DNA of 64,000 bases from an uncultured bacterium (GTDB lineage Bacteria > Hydrothermota > UBA3072), in contig CAZGBM010000001.1 in the NCBI GenBank assembly GCA_964523975.1, positions 6,116-70,115 of the forward strand, given 5' to 3'. Below, in pieces: positions 18,639-28,559 of the stretch. Position 1 is the stretch's first letter. Each line of letters begins with the position of its first letter. The position numbers were made by a program, and so were the translations under genes. The notes under the pieces are model-generated. The model saw only the letters and a list, made by a program, of their open reading frames with translations, was not told where the DNA came from and made no database searches.

Positions 18639-19043
18639 TTGTTCAAAGTTGTTTTTGACACCAATGTTTTAATTTCCGCCATTCTATTTGGTGGTTATCC
18701 CAGAAAATGTTTCGAGCTTGTAATTGAAGGGAAAATAGAATTATATATTTCCGAAGAAATCATAGGTGAATTTGAGGGAGTTTTAAAACGAGAAAAATTT
18801 GGCGTCGCCAAAGAAAATTTGCATTATATAGTTTCTTCTCTTAATTCATTTGCAAATTTCGTAAAACCTGAAACAAAATTAAATATAGTAAAAAAAGACC
18901 CCGAAGACAATAAATTTGTTGAATGTGCAATAGCAGCAGAAGCTGATTTTATCATATCCGGAGATACTCATTTGCTCGAGCTTTCCAAAATTCGAAAAAT
19001 AAAGATATTAAATCCAGCCGATTTTTTAAAGCATTATTTTTAA
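18639..19043 (+). CDS. PIN-domain toxin (VapC-like)
   Basis: 134 aa; VVFDTNVLISAILFGG...CAIAAEADFIISGDTHLL, acidic residues characteristic of the PIN fold. Confidence 0.75.
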   Translation: MFKVVFDTNVLISAILFGGYPRKCFELVIEGKIELYISEEIIGEFEGVLKREKFGVAKENLHYIVSSLNSFANFVKPETKLNIVKKDPEDNKFVECAIAAEADFIISGDTHLLELSKIRKIKILNPADFLKHYF

Positions 19044-19049
19044 CTAAAG

Positions 19050-19262
19050 TGATTTTAGATGTTAGGAAGTTAGGAGGCTAAAACAGAAAATAAAAGATTG
19101 GGCTTAGTTGAGCTTTGTGCTCTCTGTGCCTCCGCGGTTATGAGAATTTTTTTTATTAGTGTGTATCCGTGTTAATCCGTGGCTAACTCAGTGGTTTTGG
19201 GTTGGGTTTCGAATAACAAGAAAATCCTTTTTAATCTGCGTCTATCTGTGTACGATTCTTTT
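19050..19262. repeat. G-rich modular repeat region
   Basis: gttaggaagttaggagg, ctttgtgctctctgtgcctccgcgg and gtgtatccgtgttaatccgtggctaactcagtggttttgggttgggtttcgaataacaag modules shared with other loci. Confidence 0.55.
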
Positions 19263-19265
19263 TAA

Positions 19266-19338
19266 ATTTTGCATTTTTATTTGTCATTTTGCTTTTTGAT
19301 ATTTGATTTTTACTTTTAAGCGGCTTTGCCGCTTATCT
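19266..19338. repeat. Solo arm of the IVS-like family plus GC hairpin aagcggctttgccgctt
   Basis: tttgtcattttgctttttgatatttgatttttac then a 7-bp stem/3-nt loop hairpin whose 3' end overlaps the TAA stop of the 782-aa gene. Confidence 0.55.
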
Positions 19339-21681
19339 GCTCTCAACAAATCTCACAATTGATGCCGTAAAAATGAGTAATATGACAAACATAAGAAGAG
19401 GGTAATATAAATAAATCCTTAAAGATAAACAGACGAGTAGAACTACAGTCACAATCGCAAGAAGTCCACCGGGTCTTAAAGCAAGTTTGAACCATTTCGA
19501 TAACTTAACAAGCTCCTTCCATAGAGCCTCGAACAGAGGAATAAAAATCCGTCTCTTACGGATAAACACATAAATCAAAATCAAAACCAGTAGAATAACC
19601 AGAGCTTTTATTATTAAATCATTCACATAATTGAAGCCTAAAAATAAAGCTTCTTCTCTTTCTACAATCTTTTTCTCAAAAGAATACTTATTACCGGAAA
19701 CCGGAATATTGACTCTGACGGACAGTACCCCGGCTTCTCCTGTAGCGAATACCTTTGCCGATTTATCGAGTATTGCTTGAGGCATTGAAGGTGCAAGAAT
19801 TTCTTTTGTTGCCGAAATTCCTCTCATTTCTTCATCCTTAGCCTCCTCTTCAAAACCTTCTGTTTCCGTAGGCATAGCAGTCGGCATAACAACAGGAATA
19901 ATTTCTTCAATCTTCGGTTTGAGATTACCACTAAATTTCATATAAGTATAATCTACAGGCAAATATAGACTCCACTCGGCTTTGTTGATTAGAATATCCG
20001 TAGTCGGGAAGCAATGCTTCTTCTTACCCAATAGATTAAAACCTCCCATTTTTTCGGTGTAAATAAGTTCGATATCAAAAGGCGTAAGACTTCCATCCCC
20101 TCCCCTTTCCGAGCGGACAAGCGGAATCAGCACTTTACCATCATCATCTTTAGAAGCCTTTTCTCTTTTGCCGTTAACATAAACACTCCAGATACTCACG
20201 TCTTGCGGTAAACTTACCTTCAGGAACTGGTCCCACAGATTTTGCATCGTAAAGGTAACCTGATAAACCAGTTTGCCGTCTTCCGTAAGGAGGGTAATTC
20301 CCTTCGCCAAATCGATAAAAGAAGTAAGAGCCTCTTCTTTTTTGTATTTGGTAATACGAACAACCATACCAAAGGGATGTTTTACATATCTGAAAGCGAA
20401 AAGAATCGGTCTGGCAGAAAGATTGCTGAGCTGGTAAGGAATCTTCTGAAAATCAATTCTTTCAAGGTTATTAAATTCCTGAACTTCAGCTCCGGCATCG
20501 CTTTTTACTTCTCCCGCCACATACCCAGATTCTCTCACTGCTCCCAGAACTTCAAACCCTTCGAAATCCGCAATTATCGTTTCTTCCGGCAATAATTTTT
20601 CCGATTTTACAGTCACCACCTTCGTTCCTTCAAACATATATTCGAAAGACACATCAAGAAGCTGCCTTCCTTTTTCCTCCCTGCTACTCCACCCCGATAC
20701 CCCATCGCCGCTTACCTCGATAACCTGATAACCCTCAGGAACGATAAGCGAAAGCAAATTGATTTTATTCTGCATTACGTTCAACTCGACCATCGTGGTA
20801 ACGGTAATCGCGTCTGCCTCAATAGAAAGAAGATTGAAAACCTCAGAGTATATCCTGGCCGAACCTCTCACCACTTTCCCTTCCTCTTTCTTCCAGGAAA
20901 TACTTACATAAGAAGCAGGAGAAAGATAGCTTCTTATGACGGTATGGCCTTTTGTCTCTACGGTTTTCACTTCCTGGGCATTCCCGATATTAACCTCAAG
21001 ATAGGGCTTGGGGATATCAAGAGAAAGGTAAGTAATCGGTGTTTGTGGAATACTGAAATTCAAACCCGGACTCCCATTATCCGGCGACGAATTAAGGGAA
21101 AACTTTATACCGACCGAATGCCGACCAACCTCACTGGTAGACAAATAATGCCACCCTCCCTCGGTTATTATAGAAGCAGGCTTTCCGTCAAGTTTAACTT
21201 CCGATATAGCAAGATTTTCCCCGAAAAGAGGAATCTTCAAATAAGATTTCTGATGTTTATCGAAAATCTCCAGGTCGAGGAAAACGGTAAAATTCGTACT
21301 CTGACTTCCCATAACACCATTGTACGACGCTCTCGTAATAATATAATCCGCGGGAGGCTTAAGCTCCCCTCCCACGGGAGCTATCATCCTATCCACGAGT
21401 TTTTTAAATTCCTCTCTCGTAAGTACCACTTCCCCACCCTCGACCCTGTACTCGGGCTGGTAAGTGGCTCCTGTCTGTTCCATCAGTTTAGCGAACTCAT
21501 CCCAGGAAAGTTTTATCTCATCAACGTCAAGTTTCAAAAGAGAACGGAATTCATTCCAATCTATTGTTACTTTTGAATCCTTCGAATCATCAGCACGAAG
21601 GGCGAACCCAAAAGAGGTGCATAACAGAATCAAAGATAAGCTAATTAAAAAAATATGATTTCCTGTTCTTTTCTTTGTCAT
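19333..21681 (-). CDS. Large secreted protein with C-terminal triple-TM anchor, paralog A, function unknown
   Basis: 782 aa; signal peptide, duplicated (I/L)SW(D/E)EF..L motifs near the N-terminus, three C-terminal TM helices; paralogous to the upstream gene. Confidence 0.6.
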   Translation of the reverse strand: MTKKRTGNHIFLISLSLILLCTSFGFALRADDSKDSKVTIDWNEFRSLLKLDVDEIKLSWDEFAKLMEQTGATYQPEYRVEGGEVVLTREEFKKLVDRMIAPVGGELKPPADYIITRASYNGVMGSQSTNFTVFLDLEIFDKHQKSYLKIPLFGENLAISEVKLDGKPASIITEGGWHYLSTSEVGRHSVGIKFSLNSSPDNGSPGLNFSIPQTPITYLSLDIPKPYLEVNIGNAQEVKTVETKGHTVIRSYLSPASYVSISWKKEEGKVVRGSARIYSEVFNLLSIEADAITVTTMVELNVMQNKINLLSLIVPEGYQVIEVSGDGVSGWSSREEKGRQLLDVSFEYMFEGTKVVTVKSEKLLPEETIIADFEGFEVLGAVRESGYVAGEVKSDAGAEVQEFNNLERIDFQKIPYQLSNLSARPILFAFRYVKHPFGMVVRITKYKKEEALTSFIDLAKGITLLTEDGKLVYQVTFTMQNLWDQFLKVSLPQDVSIWSVYVNGKREKASKDDDGKVLIPLVRSERGGDGSLTPFDIELIYTEKMGGFNLLGKKKHCFPTTDILINKAEWSLYLPVDYTYMKFSGNLKPKIEEIIPVVMPTAMPTETEGFEEEAKDEEMRGISATKEILAPSMPQAILDKSAKVFATGEAGVLSVRVNIPVSGNKYSFEKKIVEREEALFLGFNYVNDLIIKALVILLVLILIYVFIRKRRIFIPLFEALWKELVKLSKWFKLALRPGGLLAIVTVVLLVCLSLRIYLYYPLLMFVILLIFTASIVRFVESR

Positions 21682-21691
21682 TTTGATGCTC

Positions 21692-24187
21692 CTATTTCGC
21701 CCTTGGGTTTTTTGTTTTTTTTGTTTTCTTCTTTCTCCTGGCTGGAGATTTAACCTTCCGTGCGGGTATCAAGTCGGGTCTTATCCAGGCAATCAAAAAG
21801 ACGAGAACAAAAATAACAAAAAGAAATTTCGAAAGGAAGAAGAAAATGAATGCCCCCAGAACGAGGAGACTCTTTATGCCGGCAGGAGTCTTTAATCTCA
21901 TCCAGAAGTCTTTATTGGAATAAAGACGATTTTTAAATTCAAGAAAGAGGACTCTTATTTTAATTCTAAGACGATAAATAAGGTAAAGAACGATAAGAAC
22001 TATAAGAATCTTGATTAAAGAATAAATCCATCCTCTGGTATATTGAAAAGTCAAGAACAACTGTTCATCTTCTATCACGGTTTTCGCAAAACGGTAAAGT
22101 TGTCCCGAGGTAGGAACTTCAATCTTAAAGAGAGCTACACTGGTTACTCCGCTTTCCCTGTCTCTTTTTAGATTTTCCGCAAAGCCGATTTCCTGCCTGA
22201 CCTGGTTCAAGAAATCAGCCTGCTCATTAGCCGAACTCAACCTGAAATTGCTCTTTAACTTACTCTGTGTTTGTTGTATTTTTTTATCTTCGATTTGCTT
22301 CGGCTCTTCCCAACTTTGAAGAGCTTGTTCGTATCCGCGAACCTCCTCATAGGTAAAAACTCTGCTTCCTCCGAACAAAGGACGAATCCCGGTGGCGATG
22401 TCTTCTTTTTCGACATTTCCTCCGAAATGGACGTAACGATATTCTAATGGCAGGTAACAGGACCATAGCATCTTACTTATCACTACATCAGCCTTGGGAA
22501 ACAATATAGTTTTCGAGCCGACAAGCGGCAATGAATTTTCCTTGTAATAAAAGAGAAATTCGACATCAAAGGATTCTATACTTTCACCCGATAAGCCTGA
22601 ACGGACAAGAGGTATCATAAATTTTCCTTCGTTGTTTTTGGAAGGAATTTCTCTTTTGCCATCAACATAAAGACTCCATATCTCAGCATCGGCGGGCAAG
22701 CTCAACTCCAGAAATTGCTTACCGGTATTACGCATAGTGTAAATAACCCTGCTTATAACCTTACCTTCCGGAAGTAAAACCGACATAACACTGGCATTAT
22801 CAATAACGGTATTGACCATTGGAAGTTCTTCGTGCTTCGTAACTTTCAAAGTCAGCGAGAACGGATGTCTTAAATATCGCAGTCCCAGGATTAAAGGCCT
22901 CGTGGACATATTCACCAGATCTAAAGGCAATTCCTGTATATCAACAACATCGATGTCTTTATTCCCGACAATCTCTGCTTCAGCCGCACTTTTCTTTTCG
23001 ATTCCGACAAAACCGGTTTCCCTGACGGACCCGAGAACTTCAAAACCATTGAAGTCTATCTCGTTACTCTTTTCCGTAAAGATCTTTTCAACTACTACAG
23101 TAAATACTACTGTACCTTCTTTTTCTCCTCCGAAAGGAACGGTTAAAACTTCTTTACCTTCAACTTCTTCCGTACTCCAGTCTCTTATTTCTTCGTAGTT
23201 TTGTCCCCTAACATATAAAACGCTATAGCCACGAGGAACAGATACTTTAATACCGGAAATCGAATTTTGCAGGACATCAAGTTTGAATCTTGCAGTAACC
23301 TGCAAAGCATTGTCCAGAACGGAAAGCAAATTCATAACCTCCGTATAAATTTTTGCGGGAACTTTCTTCTTCTCTTTCACGATAGTCCGGTGAACCTTTA
23401 AGGAAATATAAGAGGTTGTTGAAAGAACCGACCTGACACTTATATAGCCACCCCTGTTCAAAACGGTAATATATTTAGCCTCCGGTATCTCAACTTTGGC
23501 GTCAGGCACGGGAATATCAATATTAAATAACGTAATTGCGGTTTGTGGAATAGTAATACTCAAAACATCAGGACCTTTATCAAGTTCAGTTTTGACGGAG
23601 AATGAGAGCGTTACCTTATGCCGACCCAGTTTATCTGTTGCAAGGACATACCAGCCGTTTTCAGCCATCACTAAAGCAGGGTTACCATCTAACTCGATAT
23701 TTCTGAGCGCTACTCCCTGCGGTATAAGCTTAATCTTCGGATAATCTGTTCTACCTGTTTTGAATATTTCCAGGTCAAATGTGACGTTGAATGTGGTACT
23801 ATTCTGCTCCATAACACCGTTATATTCAGCTCTGGTTATAATATAATCACCTGGAGGAATAACCGGAGAAATATCCGGCTTCTTCATTTTATCAAGCAAT
23901 TCTTTAAACTGCTCCCTGCTCAAAACCACCATACCATTTTGTATACTGTATTCTATCTTGACCTCACTGCCGGTCTGTGCCAAAAGTTTTTTAAACTCAT
24001 CCCAGGAAAGCTTAATCTCGTCTGCGTCAATCTTTAAAAGTTCTTTGAATTCTTCCCAGCTTATTCTTACTTCGCTCGATTCTTTCTTGGGTTCAGCTTC
24101 CTCAGCATAAAGAGGTAACGCCGATAAGAGAGAAAAAAACAACAGAAAAACAGATGCAACATTTGTTAAACTCCTGAACTTTATCAT
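21692..24187 (-). CDS. Large secreted protein with C-terminal TM anchor and basic tail, paralog B, function unknown
   Basis: 831 aa; same architecture; shared blocks include ISWEEFKELLKIDADEIKLSWDEF, PLVRS...FD(I/V)E(L/F), YLP(V/L)(D/E)Y.Y. Lys/Arg-rich cytoplasmic tail. Confidence 0.6.
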   Translation of the reverse strand: MIKFRSLTNVASVFLLFFSLLSALPLYAEEAEPKKESSEVRISWEEFKELLKIDADEIKLSWDEFKKLLAQTGSEVKIEYSIQNGMVVLSREQFKELLDKMKKPDISPVIPPGDYIITRAEYNGVMEQNSTTFNVTFDLEIFKTGRTDYPKIKLIPQGVALRNIELDGNPALVMAENGWYVLATDKLGRHKVTLSFSVKTELDKGPDVLSITIPQTAITLFNIDIPVPDAKVEIPEAKYITVLNRGGYISVRSVLSTTSYISLKVHRTIVKEKKKVPAKIYTEVMNLLSVLDNALQVTARFKLDVLQNSISGIKVSVPRGYSVLYVRGQNYEEIRDWSTEEVEGKEVLTVPFGGEKEGTVVFTVVVEKIFTEKSNEIDFNGFEVLGSVRETGFVGIEKKSAAEAEIVGNKDIDVVDIQELPLDLVNMSTRPLILGLRYLRHPFSLTLKVTKHEELPMVNTVIDNASVMSVLLPEGKVISRVIYTMRNTGKQFLELSLPADAEIWSLYVDGKREIPSKNNEGKFMIPLVRSGLSGESIESFDVEFLFYYKENSLPLVGSKTILFPKADVVISKMLWSCYLPLEYRYVHFGGNVEKEDIATGIRPLFGGSRVFTYEEVRGYEQALQSWEEPKQIEDKKIQQTQSKLKSNFRLSSANEQADFLNQVRQEIGFAENLKRDRESGVTSVALFKIEVPTSGQLYRFAKTVIEDEQLFLTFQYTRGWIYSLIKILIVLIVLYLIYRLRIKIRVLFLEFKNRLYSNKDFWMRLKTPAGIKSLLVLGAFIFFFLSKFLFVIFVLVFLIAWIRPDLIPARKVKSPARRKKKTKKTKNPRAK

Positions 24188-24295
24188 TTACTCCTCCTTT
24201 ATATTAATATTTATAAAAATATTAGACAGGACTCCTCCCCATTCGTTCCATAAAAAATTAAGTTTTCCCACTTTTCTTTTAAAGTATAGAGATTT

Positions 24296-24480
24296 TAGCA
24301 CGTTATGTCAAGAAGTTAAAAGTCGCCCCCCCGCTTACCGCTTACGGCTAACAGCAGGAAAAAAATCACATGTAGGAAATGTAGGGATTTTATTTTTTGT
24401 TTTTAAGCAACACAATAAATCTTTTTTTAATCCGTGTTTATCTGTGTTCATCCGTGGCTATTTCCTTTTTATCTATTCGT
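24296..24480. repeat. Composite repeat region (modules shared with both repeat families)
   Basis: taatccgtgtttatctgtgttcatccgtggcta. The block ttcgtgctattcgcctacctcataaggaagaatgactgtatcggggtg matches 56340-56390. acatgtaggaaatgtaggg matches 18070-18095 in reverse complement. Confidence 0.5.
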
Positions 24481-24788
24481 GCTATTCGCCTACCTCATAA
24501 GGAAGAATGACTGTATCGGGGTGTGTTAAACATAGCTCTTTGCCTTTAGACTTTGGCTCTTGGCCGAAAAAATAAATAAAAAATTTAGTGTATTTTGTTT
24601 GTTTAAAGCAAAAACCACAAATCTTTAGAAAAACAACAGAATTTTAAAAATAATCATCTATCTTCTCCTCGGAATGACCAAAAACACTCTTAATGCCCCT
24701 CATTGAGCCAGCAGCAAGGTACATAAGTTCATCTATAAAATAATTGTTATTTCTAAAAGCTAAAGGCAAAAAGCTAAAAGCTATTTAA

Positions 24789-25853
24789 TTACGAAAGTTT
24801 TTTCTTGAAAGCCGATATACTTAAAAACAAAAAAGTAAAGCCAAAGCAAAAGAGGATAACAGTCTCTCTCCACAGAATTTTTAAACCCACTCCTTTTAAA
24901 AATATACTTCTTAGAATTATTATATAGTACTTAACAGGTACGATATAAGTCAATTTTTGTATTACGGGCGGCATGTTTTCTATAGGAAACATAAATCCCG
25001 ACAGCATAATGTTTGGAAGCATTACCATAAATGCCGTCATAACAGCCTGCTGCTGAGTTTTTGAGGTTATAGATATAAAAATTCCAAGCGAAATCGTGGT
25101 AAGTATAAAAGGGAATGTCGTAAATACAAGAAATCCGAAATTTCCTTTAAAAGGCGTTTTAAAAATAAAAATACCCGCTGCAACCACCAAAAAAAGGTCA
25201 AATAAACCTATTATCATAAAAGGTAGTAGCTTACCCAGTATTACCTCCGAAGACGAAAGAGGTGTAACAAATATATGTTCAATAGTACCGATTTCTTTCT
25301 CTTTTACCAATATGGCCGACGCAAGTACCATGGTAATTATAAGTAGTACCAGTCCCGTAACGCCGGGAACCATAAAATTAACCGTCTTTAATTCAGGATT
25401 AAAAAGGACTTTGAATACCGGAACAATTACCGGAGTTTCTATCGAAGTATTACGCTTTTCGGCAAGTATCTTTTCGAAATATCCTTCAATCAATGCGGCG
25501 GTGTTATTATCGGAACCATCAATCACGATATTAGTTTGATTTTTGCCTAATATAAGCCCCGCCTTCACTCTACCACGCAAAATCGCATTTTCGACTTCGT
25601 ACATGCTGTGAACATTTTCTTTTATTACAAAATAATTGCTGGACACAAGAGAAAGCAATATTTCATTTGAGTAACTGTCTTGCTTCTCTTTCATAATTGC
25701 TATAGGGATTTCTTTTATGTCAAGACTGACCGCATAGCCGAAGAGGAAAAGCTGAATCACCGGAGCAAAAATTACCAGTGGAAACAATCTCCTGTCTCTC
25801 CTTATTTGAATAAACTCTTTTTTTAACATCGCAATCAGGTGAATTCTTTTCAT
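24789..25853 (-). CDS. ABC-2 family transporter permease
   Basis: 354 aa; N-terminal TM, large extracytoplasmic loop, five C-terminal TM helices. Confidence 0.75.
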   Translation of the reverse strand: MKRIHLIAMLKKEFIQIRRDRRLFPLVIFAPVIQLFLFGYAVSLDIKEIPIAIMKEKQDSYSNEILLSLVSSNYFVIKENVHSMYEVENAILRGRVKAGLILGKNQTNIVIDGSDNNTAALIEGYFEKILAEKRNTSIETPVIVPVFKVLFNPELKTVNFMVPGVTGLVLLIITMVLASAILVKEKEIGTIEHIFVTPLSSSEVILGKLLPFMIIGLFDLFLVVAAGIFIFKTPFKGNFGFLVFTTFPFILTTISLGIFISITSKTQQQAVMTAFMVMLPNIMLSGFMFPIENMPPVIQKLTYIVPVKYYIIILRSIFLKGVGLKILWRETVILFCFGFTFLFLSISAFKKKLS

Positions 25854-25854
25854 C

Positions 25855-26910
25855 TTAGCCTATTTTCTTTCTTGCTCCTTTTATTGAAATTAAAATATAA
25901 ACCAATCCCAGAGCAAAGAGACTCAGAGAATCTTGGGGGAAAAATGAAGTTCCCTTTAAAAATATACCCCTTACAATTTTCAGAAAATGTGTCGCCGGTA
26001 TTAAAGCAGATATCGGTTGTAACCATGAAGGCATATTTTCAACAGGAAATATAAAACCCGATAAAATAATCGAAGGAAGCATAGTAGAAATAAACGATGT
26101 GGTAAGTGCAGTAAGTTCCGTTTTCGCATAAGATGAAATCATTGCACCAAGAGATAGTGTAGGAAAAAGAAAAAGCATAGAATAGAAAGAAAGACTGAGG
26201 AGACTACCTTCAAACGGAATCTTAAATACAAAAAAAGAAAAACCGGTTATAATAAATACATTGATAAAAGCAATTGTTCCGTACGGTATTATTTTTCCCA
26301 GTATTATTATATACGCTCTCACGGGAGTTGTACTCAACATTTCGAAATTTCCTCTTTCTTTTTCACCAACTATCGAACGAGTTGTTAGGATAACACCCAA
26401 CATTGTCATAAGTACGACAATCAAACCGGGGATAACGAAATTTCTGCTTTTAAGTTCGGGATTATAAAGAAATCGAACATTGTTTTCAGATTCTATAAAA
26501 AACCTCTGTACTGTTTGCTGGACTTTTTTCGCCAGGTTGGCATCGCTTCCGTCTACCAAAATCTGCACTTCGGAAAAACCTTTAATGTATCTATTTTTTG
26601 AGAAATCATATGGAAAAACAAAGCCACATTTAATCTTACCCGCGGAGAGAGCCTCATACATTTCTCCGGTAGATTCGAAGTTGACTGTTCTGAAATAATC
26701 GGATGCCGAAAGAGACAATAAGACCTCTTCTACATAAACAGATTTATCGAACGAAACTATACCTGTTGGGATTTTTTTGAGGTCAAAAGATATTGCGTAC
26801 CCATATAAAATTGTCATAAATAATGGTAAAACGAAAGCAATTATTAGTGAACGACCGTCTCTTTTTAAGTGAACCGTCTCCTTCCAGATTATTATTCGGA
26901 GATTACGCAT
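25855..26910 (-). CDS. ABC-2 family transporter permease (paralog)
   Basis: 351 aa; same topology as the neighbour, 1-nt gap. Confidence 0.75.
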   Translation of the reverse strand: MRNLRIIIWKETVHLKRDGRSLIIAFVLPLFMTILYGYAISFDLKKIPTGIVSFDKSVYVEEVLLSLSASDYFRTVNFESTGEMYEALSAGKIKCGFVFPYDFSKNRYIKGFSEVQILVDGSDANLAKKVQQTVQRFFIESENNVRFLYNPELKSRNFVIPGLIVVLMTMLGVILTTRSIVGEKERGNFEMLSTTPVRAYIIILGKIIPYGTIAFINVFIITGFSFFVFKIPFEGSLLSLSFYSMLFLFPTLSLGAMISSYAKTELTALTTSFISTMLPSIILSGFIFPVENMPSWLQPISALIPATHFLKIVRGIFLKGTSFFPQDSLSLFALGLVYILISIKGARKKIG

Positions 26911-27652
26911 TTTTTACAAGACGCACAAAGGTTTCCTCAAGCGGTTCTTTTCCGTTTCTGGTAAGTTCTTTTGGTGTACCATATGCTACCAGCTTACCCA
27001 GATGCATGAAGCCCAGAGAATCACATTTGTAAGCTTCATCCAGAAGATGTGTAGAAACAATGAGACTTTTACCTTCTTTTGCAAGTCCTTTCAAAGTATC
27101 CCAGAATTCTTTACGGGTAATGGGGTCTACACCTACCGTAGGTTCATCAAGTATAAGAAGCTCCGGTTCATGAACAAGCGCACAAACAAGCGCCAATCTC
27201 TGTTTTAATCCTCCGGAAAGGTAATAAGATATTGTGTTTTCTCGACCAATAAGTCCGGCGAGTTCAATCATCTTTTTTATCCTGTCTTTTGCTTTTTGTC
27301 CGGAAATATCATATATATGTGTGTAAAAATAGAGATTTTCATATACTGTTAGGTCCTGATAAAGACTAAATTTCTGGGAAACGTATCCTATGTGAGATTT
27401 TAAAAGTTCGGTTTCCTTTATAATATCGTAACCACAGACTTTAGCCATCCCCGAAGTGGGTTGCAATATTCCGCAGAGCATTCTGATAGTTGTCGTTTTG
27501 CCCGCACCATTAGGTCCCAGAAAACCGAAAATCTCGCCCTTTTTTACAGAAAGATTGAGATTGTCGACGGCTTTAATTTTACCGAAATGCCTGGAGAGGT
27601 CAAAAGTTTGAACTATAAAATCATTAGAAGACGGCATCTCCGTATATACCAC
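26903..27652 (-). CDS. ABC transporter ATP-binding protein
   Basis: 249 aa; Walker A GPNGAGKTT, signature LSGGLKQR, Walker B LLILDEPT. Confidence 0.85.
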   Translation of the reverse strand: MVYTEMPSSNDFIVQTFDLSRHFGKIKAVDNLNLSVKKGEIFGFLGPNGAGKTTTIRMLCGILQPTSGMAKVCGYDIIKETELLKSHIGYVSQKFSLYQDLTVYENLYFYTHIYDISGQKAKDRIKKMIELAGLIGRENTISYYLSGGLKQRLALVCALVHEPELLILDEPTVGVDPITRKEFWDTLKGLAKEGKSLIVSTHLLDEAYKCDSLGFMHLGKLVAYGTPKELTRNGKEPLEETFVRLVKNA

Positions 27653-28406
27653 TCTTTATTTTCCCTTCCGGATTGTCAACTATAATTTTTACTCTGTAAA
27701 CGAGTAATGTCCTGTCTTCTTTTGTTTGAATATTCTTGGGCGCAAATTCAGCCTTTCCGGCTATAAAGGAAACTTTCCCTTTAGAAGATTCCCCCGGAAA
27801 TGCGTCAATTCTAATTTTAACAGATTGATTGATAGAAATTTTAGGTAACTCGTCTTCAGGAACATATATATTGAGATATATCAAAGAAGGGTCAAGAATT
27901 TCAACAATAGGTACACCAGGCAGAGTTGTTTCTCCAGCCCTTAAATATTTTAAGCTTATATAACCATTCACAGGAGAAATTATATGGAATTTTTTCAGAT
28001 TTTCTTTTTTTGCTTCAAGAGAAGCAGCGGCTGATTTAAGCTCCATATACACTAAATCACGATTTCTTTTGACTCTTTCAAATTCCATTTCCGAAATTGC
28101 CAAATCCTTGAAAAGTCCTTCTGATTTTTTAAGGTCATCATCCAGATTTTTAAGCTGAATTTTTAAACTCCCAACCTGATATTCTATTGACTTTATAACA
28201 AGTTTTATTTCTTCATTATCAATAATAGCTAGCGTATCACCTTCGCTGATTTTATCGCCTTCTTCAAAATTAAACACATTAAGCTTCCCTGCTACTTCAG
28301 CCTTCAGCAGATAACTTTCTTCTGTAAAAATTCCCGAGTAAACACCATTTTTGTTTTTGCCGCATGAGGCAATTAAAACAAAAAGAAAAAGCAAAAATCT
28401 TTTCAT
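27624..28406 (-). CDS. HlyD-family membrane-fusion / periplasmic adaptor lipoprotein
   Basis: 260 aa; lipobox LIASCGK, coiled-coil segment, beta-barrel C-terminus. Confidence 0.7.
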   Translation of the reverse strand: MKRFLLFLFVLIASCGKNKNGVYSGIFTEESYLLKAEVAGKLNVFNFEEGDKISEGDTLAIIDNEEIKLVIKSIEYQVGSLKIQLKNLDDDLKKSEGLFKDLAISEMEFERVKRNRDLVYMELKSAAASLEAKKENLKKFHIISPVNGYISLKYLRAGETTLPGVPIVEILDPSLIYLNIYVPEDELPKISINQSVKIRIDAFPGESSKGKVSFIAGKAEFAPKNIQTKEDRTLLVYRVKIIVDNPEGKIKSGIYGDAVF

Positions 28407-28516
28407 AATATATTAATTATAACTGCTACAACAAGCTTGTCAACAATTGATATATTGAAATAATAAGAGTTTCGTCTAATCTATTTTTTATTGTATGTCA
28501 AACTCTGTCATTATCC

Positions 28517-28544
28517 TTGACAGTTACCGGGCATAAGTTAATAT
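28517..28544 (+). promoter_or_regulatory. Sigma70-type promoter TTGACA-16-TAATAT for the TIM-barrel/methyltransferase cluster
   Basis: ccTTGACAgttaccgggcataagtTAATATtcc, 15 nt upstream of the ATG at 28560. Confidence 0.4.
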
Positions 28545-28559
28545 TCCATAGGATATAAA

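Noticed and set aside
19317-19333. Hairpin aagcggctttgccgctt as a classical rho-independent terminator
   Set aside because: It is flanked by a U-rich tract on the wrong (5') side in one sense and by an A-rich tract in the other, so neither orientation gives a stem followed by a U-run; kept only as a conserved structural module of the repeat family.
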